The position numbers and the translations under genes are program-made. From Spirogloea muscicola (lineage: Eukaryota): DNA of 55,967 nt. Positions within the stretch are counted from its first letter, which is position 1. Each line of letters opens with the position of its first letter. The notes beneath the pieces were generated by a model. The model did no database searches, was not told the DNA's origin, and was given only the letters and a program-made list of their open reading frames with translations. Shown one piece after another: positions 22,007-34,043 of this stretch. The stretch is from positions 964,599-1,020,565 of the forward strand of contig WELB01000009.1 in NCBI GenBank assembly GCA_009602725.1, read 5' to 3'.

Positions 22007-25000
22007 ATGGCGGCTCTCGCTGCCGCCCCGCCCGCCGCCGCCTCCGCTGCGACCGCCGCATCGCTGCGCAGCGCGGCGCCGGTCCGGCGGAGTGCCCTCG
22101 GCTCCTATGCCGGCCGCGCGGCGACGGGCCCCCTGTCCGGCCTTCGCCTGTCCGCCGCGGCGGCGGACAGGAGGCCCGCGGCGCTGGTCGTGCGCTCCGC
22201 GCAGACCGCCGACGCTCCCGTCGAGACGGTGAAATCCGATGAGGCCCTGCCCCCCGCCGGCCACAACAAGCTGCACGAGCTCTACGAGCAGGTCGCCACG
22301 CCCCTCCACGGCCAGCTCACTTCCAGCAGTTAAAGGGATGTTGCTCTATAGAATGCCGTGTGGAGTACAACCATTTGGCGTTATGTTGGATTCGAAGTAG
22401 TCTGATGCAGGAGATGCATGAGCCACCTCTCACTGACCATTTAGTATGAAGAGACCAGAAAGGCTATCCAGCTTCAAATTGGTAGCCGGGCTTGGGAGGT
22501 CCAAGTGCAGTCTTTTCTGAATGCTTTTGCCACCTCCAGCGTCGTAGGGCTTGCTCTAGAAGCCTGCTGGGTTGCTCAAAGCTCTACAAATCGTAGAAGT
22601 GGTCCGATGGAAGTGTGATACTGAAGCAATTGCTCGTGATATGCGACGGCTGTGACACCATTGTTGTGCTTGTGAATGATCTGAACATGGAAATTTGATG
22701 TCCGACTCCCTAGACACCTTGAAGGCCAGCCATCCACATGTACATTGTCCTTCCGGGCCAATCTGATAGTGGGCGCGCTTGGTGGATGTCGAGCAGGGCG
22801 GCCAGAGCCCGTGGATCGACAACCTGTCCCGTGGCTGGATCCAGAGCGGCCAGCTTGAGGAGCTCGTGAAGCGCGGCGTACGCGGCCTGACTAGCAACCC
22901 GACGGTATCCTTCGCCTCACCTGCCCAGCTCTAATGGACCCTCCATCTGATGCCGGGGCCTCGCATGACATACGGCTTACCTGCGAATGTACTTACTGCC
23001 GGCACTTCATATCTAGTCTGGTCCTTACGGCGAGCTATGGCTGACTGCATATTCTTCTTTAATCCTCGAAAGACCTAATGATTTGCCGTTGTTCTCCGTT
23101 CGACTTTATCTTGTTGCTGCTTGTTCTGCATTGGTTCGGATGATTTTTCTGTTAGGTTCTCAAATGTCAACTGATCAAGAACTTATACCTCTGATGTCAT
23201 AACACATTGTAACAGTTCCTGAAGATAGCTAAAGGCATTGTATTTTGATATTGCAGATCTTCCAGAAAGCCATCGAAGCAACGGACCTGTATGATGAGCA
23301 ATTCAGGTGCTCATCACTTCGCAGTAGTCACAACATTGTCATAGACATTGTCATAGAACATAGCAGGTGTTGAGCAGGTTTAGGCAACTAGATATCAAAC
23401 CCTCCAAAGCATTGATGTGCTGGAGCTTCTTACATACCAACATTCACCCGATGTTTGATGCCTTTGCCGTGCTCCCTCAATAGGTCCCTGCTCAAGGATG
23501 GGAAGGATGTGGAGGAGGCCTACTGGCAGCTGGTCATCAAGGACATCAAGGATGCTCTCAAGATCATGCGCCCTCTTTTTGATGATTCCAAGGGTAAGGT
23601 CAAGTTGTACTTACTGTGGCTTACAGAATTGTCCATGCAGCACTTCTTGGTCACCTTACACCAGTTGCTCACTTGTGGTCTTCGCTGTGCTCGCTGTCTC
23701 AGACCGCAGACTTGTTTGTGGCACCTGCAGGAGAGGACGGCTGGGTGTCAATCGAGGTCGCACCAAAGCTTGCGAATGACACAGAGGCGACATTTGCGGC
23801 AGCCAGGTGGCTGGACGAGCAGATCAGCGAGCCAAATCTGTACATCAAAGTCCCTGGAACCATGCAGGGCGTGCTTGACATCAGCAAGCTCATTGCTGAG
23901 GGCCACTCAGTCAACGTTACAGTGAGATTCTGCCTGCTGAGTCCACCCATTTGAGATGATCCTGCTTGTAGCCTGCATGTTGGCTTCCCAGCTGCTGAGC
24001 AAGCAGATGGGCTTCATCTGCTTAGTATGTTCGTTGTCAACACGCACTCCAGAAATGCTTGCCCCATGGATCAACGGACTGAGGGTTGCTTTGGTGGGGT
24101 GCAGCTTATCTTCGGCCTTGGGCGCTACAACGACGTGATTGATGCTTACATTTCTGGCTTGGAGGAGGCTGCAGACCACAACCAGGACCTCTCCCATATC
24201 AGCTCTGTAGCATCCTTCTTCCTTAGCCGCGTGGACTCTGAGGTGGACAAGCGCCTGGACAAAATCGGGTCAGAGGAGGCCAAGAGCCTCAGGGGAAAGG
24301 CTGCCATTGCTCAGGCTATGCTTGCTTACAAATTATTTCAAGACAAGTTCTCTGGAGACAGGTGTGCTCAGCACATTCTCCTACTGTGGCTGTGTCCTCA
24401 TTCCTGGCTGGAGCTCTGATGTGGGTCAAAGTGTGCGCTTCATTTGTGGTCTGAGGAGGCTTTTTCCTTGGCTACCACCTCCTATTTCTCCTTAGTCTGC
24501 ATGCAGCAGAAATCAAGATACTGGATGACTACACCTACTGTGCAGACATGGCTAGGGAGGAATGTGTGGGACCAGTGCACATAGACATTTTATCCGTTGC
24601 ATCATATGAAATATGAGGACTAATTGAGAATATCATTGCTGCAGGTGGGAGAGGCTGAAGGCCAAGAATGCTCGGGTGCAAAGGCCCCTCTGGGCCTCGA
24701 CTTCCACGAAGGACCCTTCATACCCGGATACGATGTACGTCGACAACTTGATCGGCCCTACAACAGTCAACACCATGCCGACAAGTGCACTTCTCGCCTT
24801 TGCCGACCACGGAAAGGTATGTGTGAAACATGACAACGACCTGACAAGTACCCTGTCATCATCACCTTGTGCTCAGAAGATGTGGCCAGAGCAGCAGCTA
24901 TATAAGCAGGCCCAGTATCTGTACCTATTCATAGACTAGACATTGAACTATCATTGCTATTATGCATGACTTCTTTGCGTGGCTTGGATGTTTTTGTCAC

Positions 25001-25461
25001 CTTCTGTTAGTACTCAAGGTGCGGTGTTGTATGCAGGTGGAGAGGACAGTTGACAGGGATCTCAAGTCAGCGGAGGAGACCATTGAGAAGCTGAAGGGCC
25101 TTGGCATTGATCTGGAGGAGGTTGCAGAGGTGAGACTTGAACAAGTCTGATCTGAGGATAAAGAGTTGCATGGAGAAATCGCATTGAGGATTTTTGCAGA
25201 TGCAAATCTACGCTGGATGATTACAGAGCCTTTGCCATGTGAGATAGTCACTATGTCAGGCTGTCAAGTATCCCAACATACCGTTCACACTGAGCTTTTA
25301 ATCTGCACACCAGCTTTTGCGAAGTGCAGTCACAACTTCTGCCTGTTTGTCTTCAGAAGCTGGAGGTCGAAGGCGTGGAGAAGTTTGTGGAGTCATTTGA
25401 CGAGCTTATTGGCAGCCTTAAAGCCAAGGCTGAGTCTTGGAACACAGGAAAGAACAATTAG
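22007..25461 (+). CDS. TAL: Plastid transaldolase (type 2 / land-plant TAL-like) with N-terminal transit peptide, 9 exons
   Basis: Ala/Ser/Arg-rich transit peptide. [52 protein letters not shown] (catalytic Lys), [56 protein letters not shown]. Stop at 25459-25461. Confidence 0.95.
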
Positions 25462-25939
25462 AGGGGTTCCCAGTGCTCGGAACCTTCTGACCAGTCATTC
25501 ATCTCCCTGAGGGTGGAGAGTGAACCCATCACTGGATGCTGGCTTGCAGGCCAGATGTTCTGTTTGAGCTGGGAGCATTGTAAAACTCTCTTGGGAACAG
25601 CCATAGTCTCTTTCCAGCTAGCTATTACGTGTAAAGAGGCTGTTCCATATGGCGGGCCAATTTTTGGGCCAGCTTAGGTGGGACACAGTCCCTCTTGCTT
25701 GTACTCATTTGCATTGTCAACTTACATGAAGGTGTTCAACTCCATGTTGGTAATTTTGGTGATCAGCTGCTTTTGTAATGTTGATGTTTTCCTTTTGCTT
25801 ACTCATCTGCATTGTCAATTTACATGACAATGTAAATGTATAAATGTGTAAATGTAAATTCAGACAGTGCATTGTGGACAATGCTTCTTTGACAGTGGCT
25901 CTGTTCCAATGTATTGTGCGGAGCTCGCATCTCGCTCGC

Positions 25940-28900
25940 TCACAGGACTAGTCCTGGATCCCAGCAGAAGTGGTGATGTCGGTCCAGCGAGTCAAGAGCT
26001 GCCATGCTGGGCTCATCAATTATAAAAATTAAAGCCTGGCAATTCTCCTCGATTGCTTGCTTCCTCGTGCTTTTGGGGATGACAACTGCTGTTTGCAACA
26101 GGTAGCAAAATCAAGTCAATGACCCAAGGACGCACTTAAGAACCACAAAGCAGACATAAAAAAAGGAGATGGCTCAGGTGTTCAGACTGAGTAGTTCATA
26201 TTCAATCACTTTCAGACGAATTGCAGGGTCAAGCACGTACCCAGTCCCTTCTGCAGGCCCCACCTCAGCAATATTTGTGCAGGGGTCCGCAAGTAGAGCT
26301 CTGCCACTCTGGATACTGTAGGGTCGCTCAGCAGCTGCAGCATACGTGCAATTTCACAATCAACTCAGGCACCGCTCCTTAAGCTGCAACTTGTCCATCC
26401 TATAGTATAGGCTGCCTAAGCTCAACTAGAATGGAGTACGTATGGGGCGCAAGAGCTGCCAGACTACTGTCTCTTAGACGCACAGTTACCAACACACCAA
26501 AAGCTGCTCCCACCTGCCCGCATCCAAGTGACGCGTATGCCACAACCACAATGTTGTGCTCTTTGCACATCTGGCAGAGATCTCTTTGCCTCAAGTAAGG
26601 GTGTATCTCCACCTGGACATAACATTATGGCCAACAGACGCTCTTTGAATATGGGAGGAAAAGCAGGACCGATATGATCGTAAGGAATTTGTTACTAAGA
26701 GTAGCCTCCATCGCGTAAGTTGAACAGCTTACAATCCCGAAGCGTTTGGGGTCCCAAATCTTGTGACATCTACCAGGCTCGTTATATACGAGGCGCAAGC
26801 AATAATTATGACGGTCGTTGGTCCTGCCTGCAAGCACCTGATTGACCATCGGGCGAACTTGGCATGCTCTCAGCAACTCCGTCAGATGGCGGCAGTTGTA
26901 ATTGCTCACGCCGATGGCCTTCACTTTCCCTGTTGCTTTGAGCAACTCGTTGACACATAAACCAGATGCAATTTTCAGAAGCGACGATGTTGGTCAAGAC
27001 AGGCTAGCTTGGCAGCAATTTTCATAGGATTGCCGCAATCCATACACCCTGTCAAGGTCAAAGCAAAGTGCTCCTCCTACAAGCAAAGCAAGAGGTAGAA
27101 GATGCAATCCATGACATAAGTGAGGTCATTGTGAATCTTGACTTAGGCCCTCTGCTTGCCTGTTCTGTAGAGCTCTTCAAGTGCTCTCCATGACTCCTGC
27201 CTGAGGCAGCTACTTTTTGGGGATTGTCTGCTCCAAGCCACAATACAAGTACAGATTTTGAGGTTCCTGTAAGCCAGGGTTCGACAGACTGCAGAGATGC
27301 TGCAGGCCCCACCCTCCAGCGGCTGCATGTAGACACCTCTAGTGCTAGACTCGGGTTACATGATCGACGAGCTAGCAAGAAGCTAGGACTAGCTCTGATT
27401 ACTAGACTGTGAAAGAGACAAAGAGGAGAGAAGCTGGTACAGACGAAGTGGGTAGAAGTACACCTACATATCTTGCTTGGCCACGCCAGGCCTGTTGCGC
27501 CATTCAGGTAAAAGCCCTGCAAAATTAGTGTCACTCATGTTCTGGTATTTGCATACACGGATTAGGCCAGCACAAGTAGACATCCAGAAGGAGCTTCTAA
27601 CGGCTAGCCGCTGCATGCTCCAGCCTACATTTCAGTGGTGTATTCAGAATGAGGGTCCCTTTCAACGTTCTTGTTACTTGAAGGAATTGTGATCCAATTT
27701 AAGCACTAGGACACCTCAAGATTGTACGCAAAGAAGGAACCTCAGAGAGGTGGTGGGGAGTGAGCACCAGTGGATGAGGTAGAGGTCCTGCAGAAGCAAG
27801 CAAGGGGCATGAGATGACAAAATTCCTTACCTGTCACCTCAATCATCTTGGGCTGACGATATATTGCTGCCTTACTGCACAGTAAGTACAGTTAGTTGCC
27901 ATGAAAAGAAGTAGAACCTTTGCCACTCACTACAGGTCAACACATGGTGGCGGAGTACCAGGTAGGTGGTCTGCAACCTCTCTAACGACCTTGCGCAAGC
28001 CTCCATTGCCGCCGTGTAACTGAGACAGTAGGAAACTTATCTACTTCAGGGAAAGAAAGTACATAAAAGGAGTAGAATAGGCCAGGTGCAATGCAGATGA
28101 GGTAACAGAGAAGTCATGTCATGTCATCTCATGTCGAACTTTATCATTCAGTTTCTGCGCTGGCCAATCACACCCATCTCCCTCTGCTGGAAGAGTCTTT
28201 CTTCAGTTATGTTGCCAACCTCTGTTCCATGATATATCAATGATGATGATGATAAGTGTGTAAGAAGTTGGTTGCAAACTGTGTAGATTCTGATGTCGAG
28301 ATTGCAATCTCACCCTTGCTCGGATGGGGACACCTTGCTGGTGATGAAGACAGTGCTACGCGAGACCCCTGAGTCCCTCAGAGCCTGGCCGACCTCTACC
28401 TCGTTCTTGTACACAGATGCAGTGTCTGCCATTTGAAATACACACCAGATACAGTAGCGTCCAATGTGTTAGGGAGACGGCTGCAGCCTGATGGCCTTCT
28501 CAGTGGTCTCCACATAATGACAAGATTGCTTTATATAAGCTGCTCCCAATAACGTGAGCTCTGCTCGGGACTTCTGAAGCTGTAGACATTTATCGAGGAG
28601 CCCGCCATGGCGGCCGTGCTACCGACAGGGAGGGCTCGTCCTCACCAATGTGCCGGTAGCCTGCCTCCAGCGCCCACTTGACGGCCTGCAGAGCCTCCAT
28701 GCCGCGCGCCCGGAACGTGCCCACTACGAGCTGTGGAGCGAGGCGAAGATGGAGACCGCTATGGCGGCTCAGAGCCACGCAGAGGTCATCGTACCAGCTG
28801 TACTTACGACGCCATCAGATGCCAGAGCCCACGACAGAGCAGCATAGAGCTCTGCGAGCACTGCAGGGACTCACAGCCAAACGTGGGCATCGTCACGCCA

Positions 28901-28983
28901 TTGTGGAGGGTGACGGTGAGCGCAGCTGCCGCCGAGCCGCCGAGCTGCGCTGCTTGCTGGTCGTGGCCAGCCCACGACGCCAT
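25940..28983 (-). CDS. Aldo/keto reductase (AKR5/2,5-DKG reductase-like), multi-exon
   Basis: TLHNGVTMPTFGLGTF, ALEAGYRHIDTASVYKNE, VFITSKV, DLYLIHWP (20-nt exon 27768-27787), WRALEELY, KAIGVSNY, PMVNQVEIHPY, AYASLG, TPAQILLRW, VIPKS, FCWDP. The catalytic D/Y/K/H tetrad is visible. The start ATG at 28983 is tentative. Confidence 0.92.
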
Positions 28984-30462
28984 GGCGGGAGTGCTCGCGT
29001 CTCCAGGCCAGGTTGGCAAGCTCAACGTCGACAAGTCTGGGCACCTGTCTCCACGTTCTGCAGGAGTAGCTTAGTAGCAGTTCTGCATGAGAATCGACAC
29101 TCGAGACTTGGAGACTTGAGACTCGAAACTTTGTCTGCTCTCCAAGCACCTTCTTTTCTGATTGCTCAAGCCTGCTTGCTGAAAGCATCAGCTACTCGTG
29201 GCAATGCCTTGACCATCGATCACAGCTCAAAAAATTCAGCGCTCCCAGGCTCATGCAGTGCATCTGCGGGCAGGCCACGCTTTGGCTGCTGCTTCTGGGC
29301 TTCGGGTTGACTCTTTTCCAGCTGCAAATTACTCCGACTTGCGACTGCTGACTATGGATTGAATGAGCTAAACCCACTCGGAGTAGCCAGTTGCATGTAT
29401 GTGTAGCACCTTTCGGCCCTTTGGACCTCGTCCATTTCTTCTGGGCTGGCCTTTCACGCCCCTTTACCAGCTATTCTACTAAACTTTCCAAACCAAGCGA
29501 AGAAGCTCTTTTGAAGGGGCAATGGTGGCGCAAGTAAGGCATCCAGTTTCGTAAAAGCTGCAGCTGCTGATAGTGCAGCACTGAGCCAATCCTAACATGA
29601 CAAGATTGCAGGTGACAAGCTAGCTTTGCACCATTTTGAGGTAAGATAGCCATTAGCAAGACGACAGGGTAGAGGTTGCAGCCACTTCAAGCGCATATGT
29701 TCACATATTAAGGTCCCAGATTCTGCGGCGAACCATCTGGTCTTCCTATGGAGTTGTAAGAACCTGCTTGTCAAAGTTGGTAAACATTGAAGTCACCCAC
29801 AGCTGAAATACTGCAAAACAACTACCTGAACAATTATGCTGATCTCTAGGATTTCGGAGTATATGTGGAAAGGCTTGCCTGGGAACAGCATGCGACTCGG
29901 AGACAGCCCTTGGGAAGTAGGGCCAGCACTGAGCTCGGAGAAGCAATGCAAGCAAAGAAGCCCATTGAAGGTGACTAGGAAAAATTGCTTGTCGAGTCAT
30001 GCGTGGATGCTGAGAATCAGTGGTTGTATAACACACAGTGCCTTGGGAGAGGTAGAAGCAAGGACTTCACTTCAAGCCAGTTGCATGATACAAGAATGAA
30101 ATGGATGAATATAAATTACATGCTGTAGTGCCTTTCTCCAAAGACATCCTCGCTTGAACTAGAATTAGCGATCCCACTAGTTTCCAGGGAGATCACTGTG
30201 TTTCACCGGGCCCCCTAATGTGACTTGCAATGGACAAGAGCAGTCTTGTGTGGAGACATGACAGGTGCACACATGTGCCTCGACATTGATTGCAACTAGG
30301 TGACATGCCACTGCGCTCAAGCTTGCCACAACCGGCACAGTGTGCCATGAGCTAGCAAGGCACATGGTGGAGGTCAGGCAACCTGACAGAGCCCACAGCT
30401 GCAGTGGATCCAAGCGGCAAGCGTCCGGGGAAGCTGAGATCGTCAATGGCTGGCCAGGATAG

Positions 30463-32044
30463 TCACCTCACGCAGCTGTACATGGTGAACTCGGGCGTCA
30501 CGAAGTGGAGGGGGTGTGCGGGGCTGATGACCGCATCGCTGCCACAGGTACAAATGATATTGCACCATAAATCGGTGTGTACTTGGCTTGAGATTCGCGG
30601 TCACAGTGTGTACACCTTAAGTGGTAAGATGAAATCACAGAAGTGCTTATTAAGGTTTTACGTAGTGCAGGGAGCATAGCAAGGTCTACTGAGCTGGAGG
30701 CAAAGAGCGGCCGCAGGTGCTGACCTCCGCGGCCCAAAGACCTGGATTTGGCGGACGTGCGTGTCACGGCCGTTCTGGTGGTTGGACATGATCGCAAGCT
30801 GCACGAGGAACGCCCGCAGGTACTCCCTGGGCACACGCCCCACCATCGACGGCGACTCACCAGCCCATTAGGTGCTTCATTCCCCAGTCCATGGTAAGCA
30901 GATTGAGAGCGAGGCCAGCGAGCAGCAGCTGACGGCCTCTATGACAGGCAGCCACCTCACCCCGAGTCCTCATGCCGCAGCGAGATGCGGACCCAGCCAC
31001 TGGGCTCCGACAACGTCACTGCGCGCACGTCCTGCACCATCACAGCACCCCCGGTGGCCGCATGCCGATGCTGGCGTGAGCCCAGCATGACTGTCACAAG
31101 CGCTGCCGTCGCCGGCGCGCCGACACTCCTGCTCACCCGGAGATCGTGGTACGAGTTGCCGGCGCGGACGACGACCTTGCTGGGAGTGTAGCTCTCGTCG
31201 CGCTTGAAGTCGACGTACAGGGCCAGTTGCTGGTGCGCACCCACATTGCCGCGTCGTCAGGCACGCCGTCCTGTCTCGGCCATGCTGGCACTCAGTCTCT
31301 TGGCCTCTGTGGCAGGCGCTCGCACGACAGTCGCTGCGGCAACCGCCGCGGCACGACTACACAGCAGTGTGTAGCAGGCTGTTGGCAGCTTCTCACTGGC
31401 CTGGGGCAGACCTGCAAGCGGACCTTGCGCTGGAACTGGATGTTGACGAGGTGAGGATTCGCCCCATCAGACCTAAGTGCGGCGGCCGCCAACCCGGCAG
31501 CAGTCAAGATGGCCCTCAAGGCAGAGGCAGCTCGCCTTGGACCTGGACCTCTTCATGGCAGCGTGGAGGCATGCCGAGCAAGCCTCCACGCTGCTGACCT
31601 ATGGCTTAACGATTCCATGTTGGGTGTAGAAAAGATGGTCTCTCGCTTCCAGGCTTTGATATCAGCTCTGGCGCAAGTAGACAACGGCAAGGATGGCAGG
31701 CCTGGGGCTTGGGACTACAGAAGGACTCAGTGGAAGGGCTAAAGGTGGAGGAGAATCTCGGTTAGGCCATGAGCTGGGGGTCGGCATTGAGGATTTACGG
31801 GAGGGTCGTAGGTTTGATACTTAGAGATCGGAGCCAAAGCCCTGACCCTAAGCCCTGCAACCCTAACCCTAAATCCCCAACCCTAAGATGCTCACTGCCA
31901 GTAGGAGTCGAGGCTGCCGTCTCGCAGCAGCTCGACGCCGTTGCCGGGCTTGGCGCTGCTCACGCTCCACACCGCCAGCGCGCCCACCTCGCGCCTCTCC
32001 GCCGCCGCGCCGCCGCCGTCGGCGTCATCGCCGCCGCCGCCGCC
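30463..32044 (-). CDS. APC10: Anaphase-promoting complex subunit 10 (APC10/DOC1); start falls in the N gap
   Basis: [88 protein letters not shown]-terminal ..YSCVR* (IR/VR tail). Confidence 0.95.
31840..31886. repeat. Degenerate interstitial telomere-like (CCCTAAA/CCCTAA) tract in the first visible APC10 intron
   Basis: ccctgaccctaagccctgcaaccctaaccctaaatccccaaccctaa. Confidence 0.7.
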
Positions 32045-32372
32045 NNNNNNNNNNNNNNNNNNNNNNNNNNNNNNNNNNNNNNNNNNNNNNNNNNNNNNNN
32101 NNNNNNNNNNNNNNNNNNNNNNNNNNNNNNNNNNNNNNNNNNNNNNNNNNNNNNNNNNNNNNNNNNNNNNNNNNNNNNNNNNNNNNNNNNNNNNNNNNNN
32201 NNNNNNNNNNNNNNNNNNNNNNNNNNNNNNNNNNNNNNNNNNNNNNNNNNNNNNNNNNNNNNNNNNNNNNNNNNNNNNNNNNNNNNNNNNNNNNNNNNNN
32301 NNNNNNNNNNNNNNNNNNNNNNNNNNNNNNNNNNNNNNNNNNNNNNNNNNNNNNNNNNNNNNNNNNNNNNNN
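32045..32372. other. Assembly gap (N run) covering the divergent APC10/cupin 5' ends
   Basis: Run of N flanked by (GCC)n-rich sequence. Confidence 0.99.
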
Positions 32373-32373
32373 G

Positions 32374-33449
32374 ACGGCGGCGCCGCCGCGGCGAGCTATC
32401 GGCGCCCAGCGTGAGCGCCGCCGCCCTCGCCCGGCCGCAGCGGGCCTTGGCCATGACGGCAGTGAGGCCTGCTCATGGGGAGGCCTCTCTGACGTTGGAG
32501 GCCCATCTAACGTTGGCGTTCAGCAGGCGCCGTTGTCGCCGCCACGATGGCGGCTCGCCCTCGGCGGCGGCGGCCGGTGGAGGAGCGCTTTGGCATCCGC
32601 GTGGAGCGCCAGGCGCCGCCCGGCCGCCTCCAGGTCCTCTCTTCCCCTCCTAAACCCTGAACCCTAAACCCTAAAACCCTAACCCATAACACTGAACCCT
32701 AAAGCTGACAGCCCTGGCCACTCCGAACTACGTCGACTCAACGTCGTTTGTGGCAAAGCCCAATTGAGAGAGCCCGTCACGATGGCCGCTTTTGCTCTCC
32801 ACGATCCTGTTAACCGGCAATGTCACAAGCCCTTAGGTTTCTGTACATATTGGTATTGGTTACAACTGCAAAACAGGCTATGGGTGGGTGTTTTAGTGTT
32901 GTTAGGATGAGAAATTTAGGAATCTCATGGGGCTTACAAAAAGCGGCAGCACTCTATGATGTATAAGATAAGGTCGACTTTGATATACCAGTATGTACGC
33001 GAGGAAATTGGTCTGTTCGTTGTTGTGTTCGTGTAGGAGAAGTGCTTGGGTCTGTGTAGTTCGGTACTTGAGACCATTGGCATCGGTGAATTCGCCTCCT
33101 CGAGTACTCAAGGCCTTGCAGCGAGCACCATCGGCAGGAGCTGGGCGTCGACCGGTGGCCCGTGTGGGAGACGGGCGAGGGGGTGTACGCCTGGACGTGG
33201 CGCGTCGATGAGTTAGTGTACATCGCAAACGGCACACTCGTCGTCACGCCAGCAACCACCGCCGACGACGACGACAACGACGTCGCTCCAGCCGCTGCCG
33301 CCGCCGTCGCCGCTGCTGCCGAGGAGGACAGCTTGCGCCTGGCCGCCGGCGATGTCGTGCGCTTCCCCAAGTGGTTTGCCGCCGACCTCGCTTTCCCTGA
33401 CCCTGCCTTCGAGATGCGCTACTCTTTCCGCGCTTACGGTGACGACTGA
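32374..33449 (+). CDS. RmlC-like cupin (Cupin_3/DUF861 family), probably plastid-targeted; 5' end in the gap
   Basis: Exons ~32374-32461, 32527-32633, 33138-33449. ..MAARPRRRRPVEERFGIRVERQAPPGRLQ|ELGVDRWPVWETGEGVYAWTWRVDELVYIANG..AGDVVRFPKWFAADL..RYSFRAYGDD* matches the plant cupin_3 pattern. Confidence 0.85.
32648..32703. repeat. Interstitial plant-type telomeric repeats (CCCTAAA)n, degenerate, at the 5' end of a cupin intron
   Basis: cctaaaccctgaaccctaaaccctaaaaccctaacccataacactgaaccctaaa. Confidence 0.85.
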
Positions 33450-34043
33450 TGGGGCCGTAGCGGCCCATTGTCCTGTTTCAGCTACAGTGTCCGTGAGCAA
33501 TTAGCTTGGCCCGCTAAGGTGCTGCTTCACAGCACATATTGTGCTTTAAGACTGCTATTCCGAGCGCAGCGTATGCTGGTTCCGAGAGTCCTCAGCTATG
33601 TCGCTCAAGTTCCAAAACGGCTGCTCCTCCAGTCAGATTGGAGCTCAAAGAGGCAGGGCTCCTTTCGACTGTTCATGTCGAGCCGGCCATGTATGTTAGC
33701 CATCCTAGATTGACTACTGGCCCAACAGCCGAGCTAGACATTCGACTAATTGACTGCTGTGCTCATAATGCAACCGGGAAGTGAATTGCGGTAATGAGGA
33801 CCGACTGTGCGCCGCACGGAATAGGCAAGATGCTTGATTACCGTCGTAAAGCAGGAGCAGGAAGTGCTGCAGTCAAATGACAACACAAGGCTGCAATTCT
33901 GTACAATTGTCTCATTCAGTGGTAGAAGTACATGTGTGACACGTCTGTGACAGAGCTTGTACTTGATCAATTCTGTACACTATACTCAGTTAGTGGTGAA
34001 AGAGTATGTGTTATGGGTCTGTGACAGAGCCCGCAGGCTGTGG

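Noticed and set aside
31769..32667. ORFs spanning the N gaps (also 37331-38423)
   Set aside because: Artefacts of translating through unknown bases.
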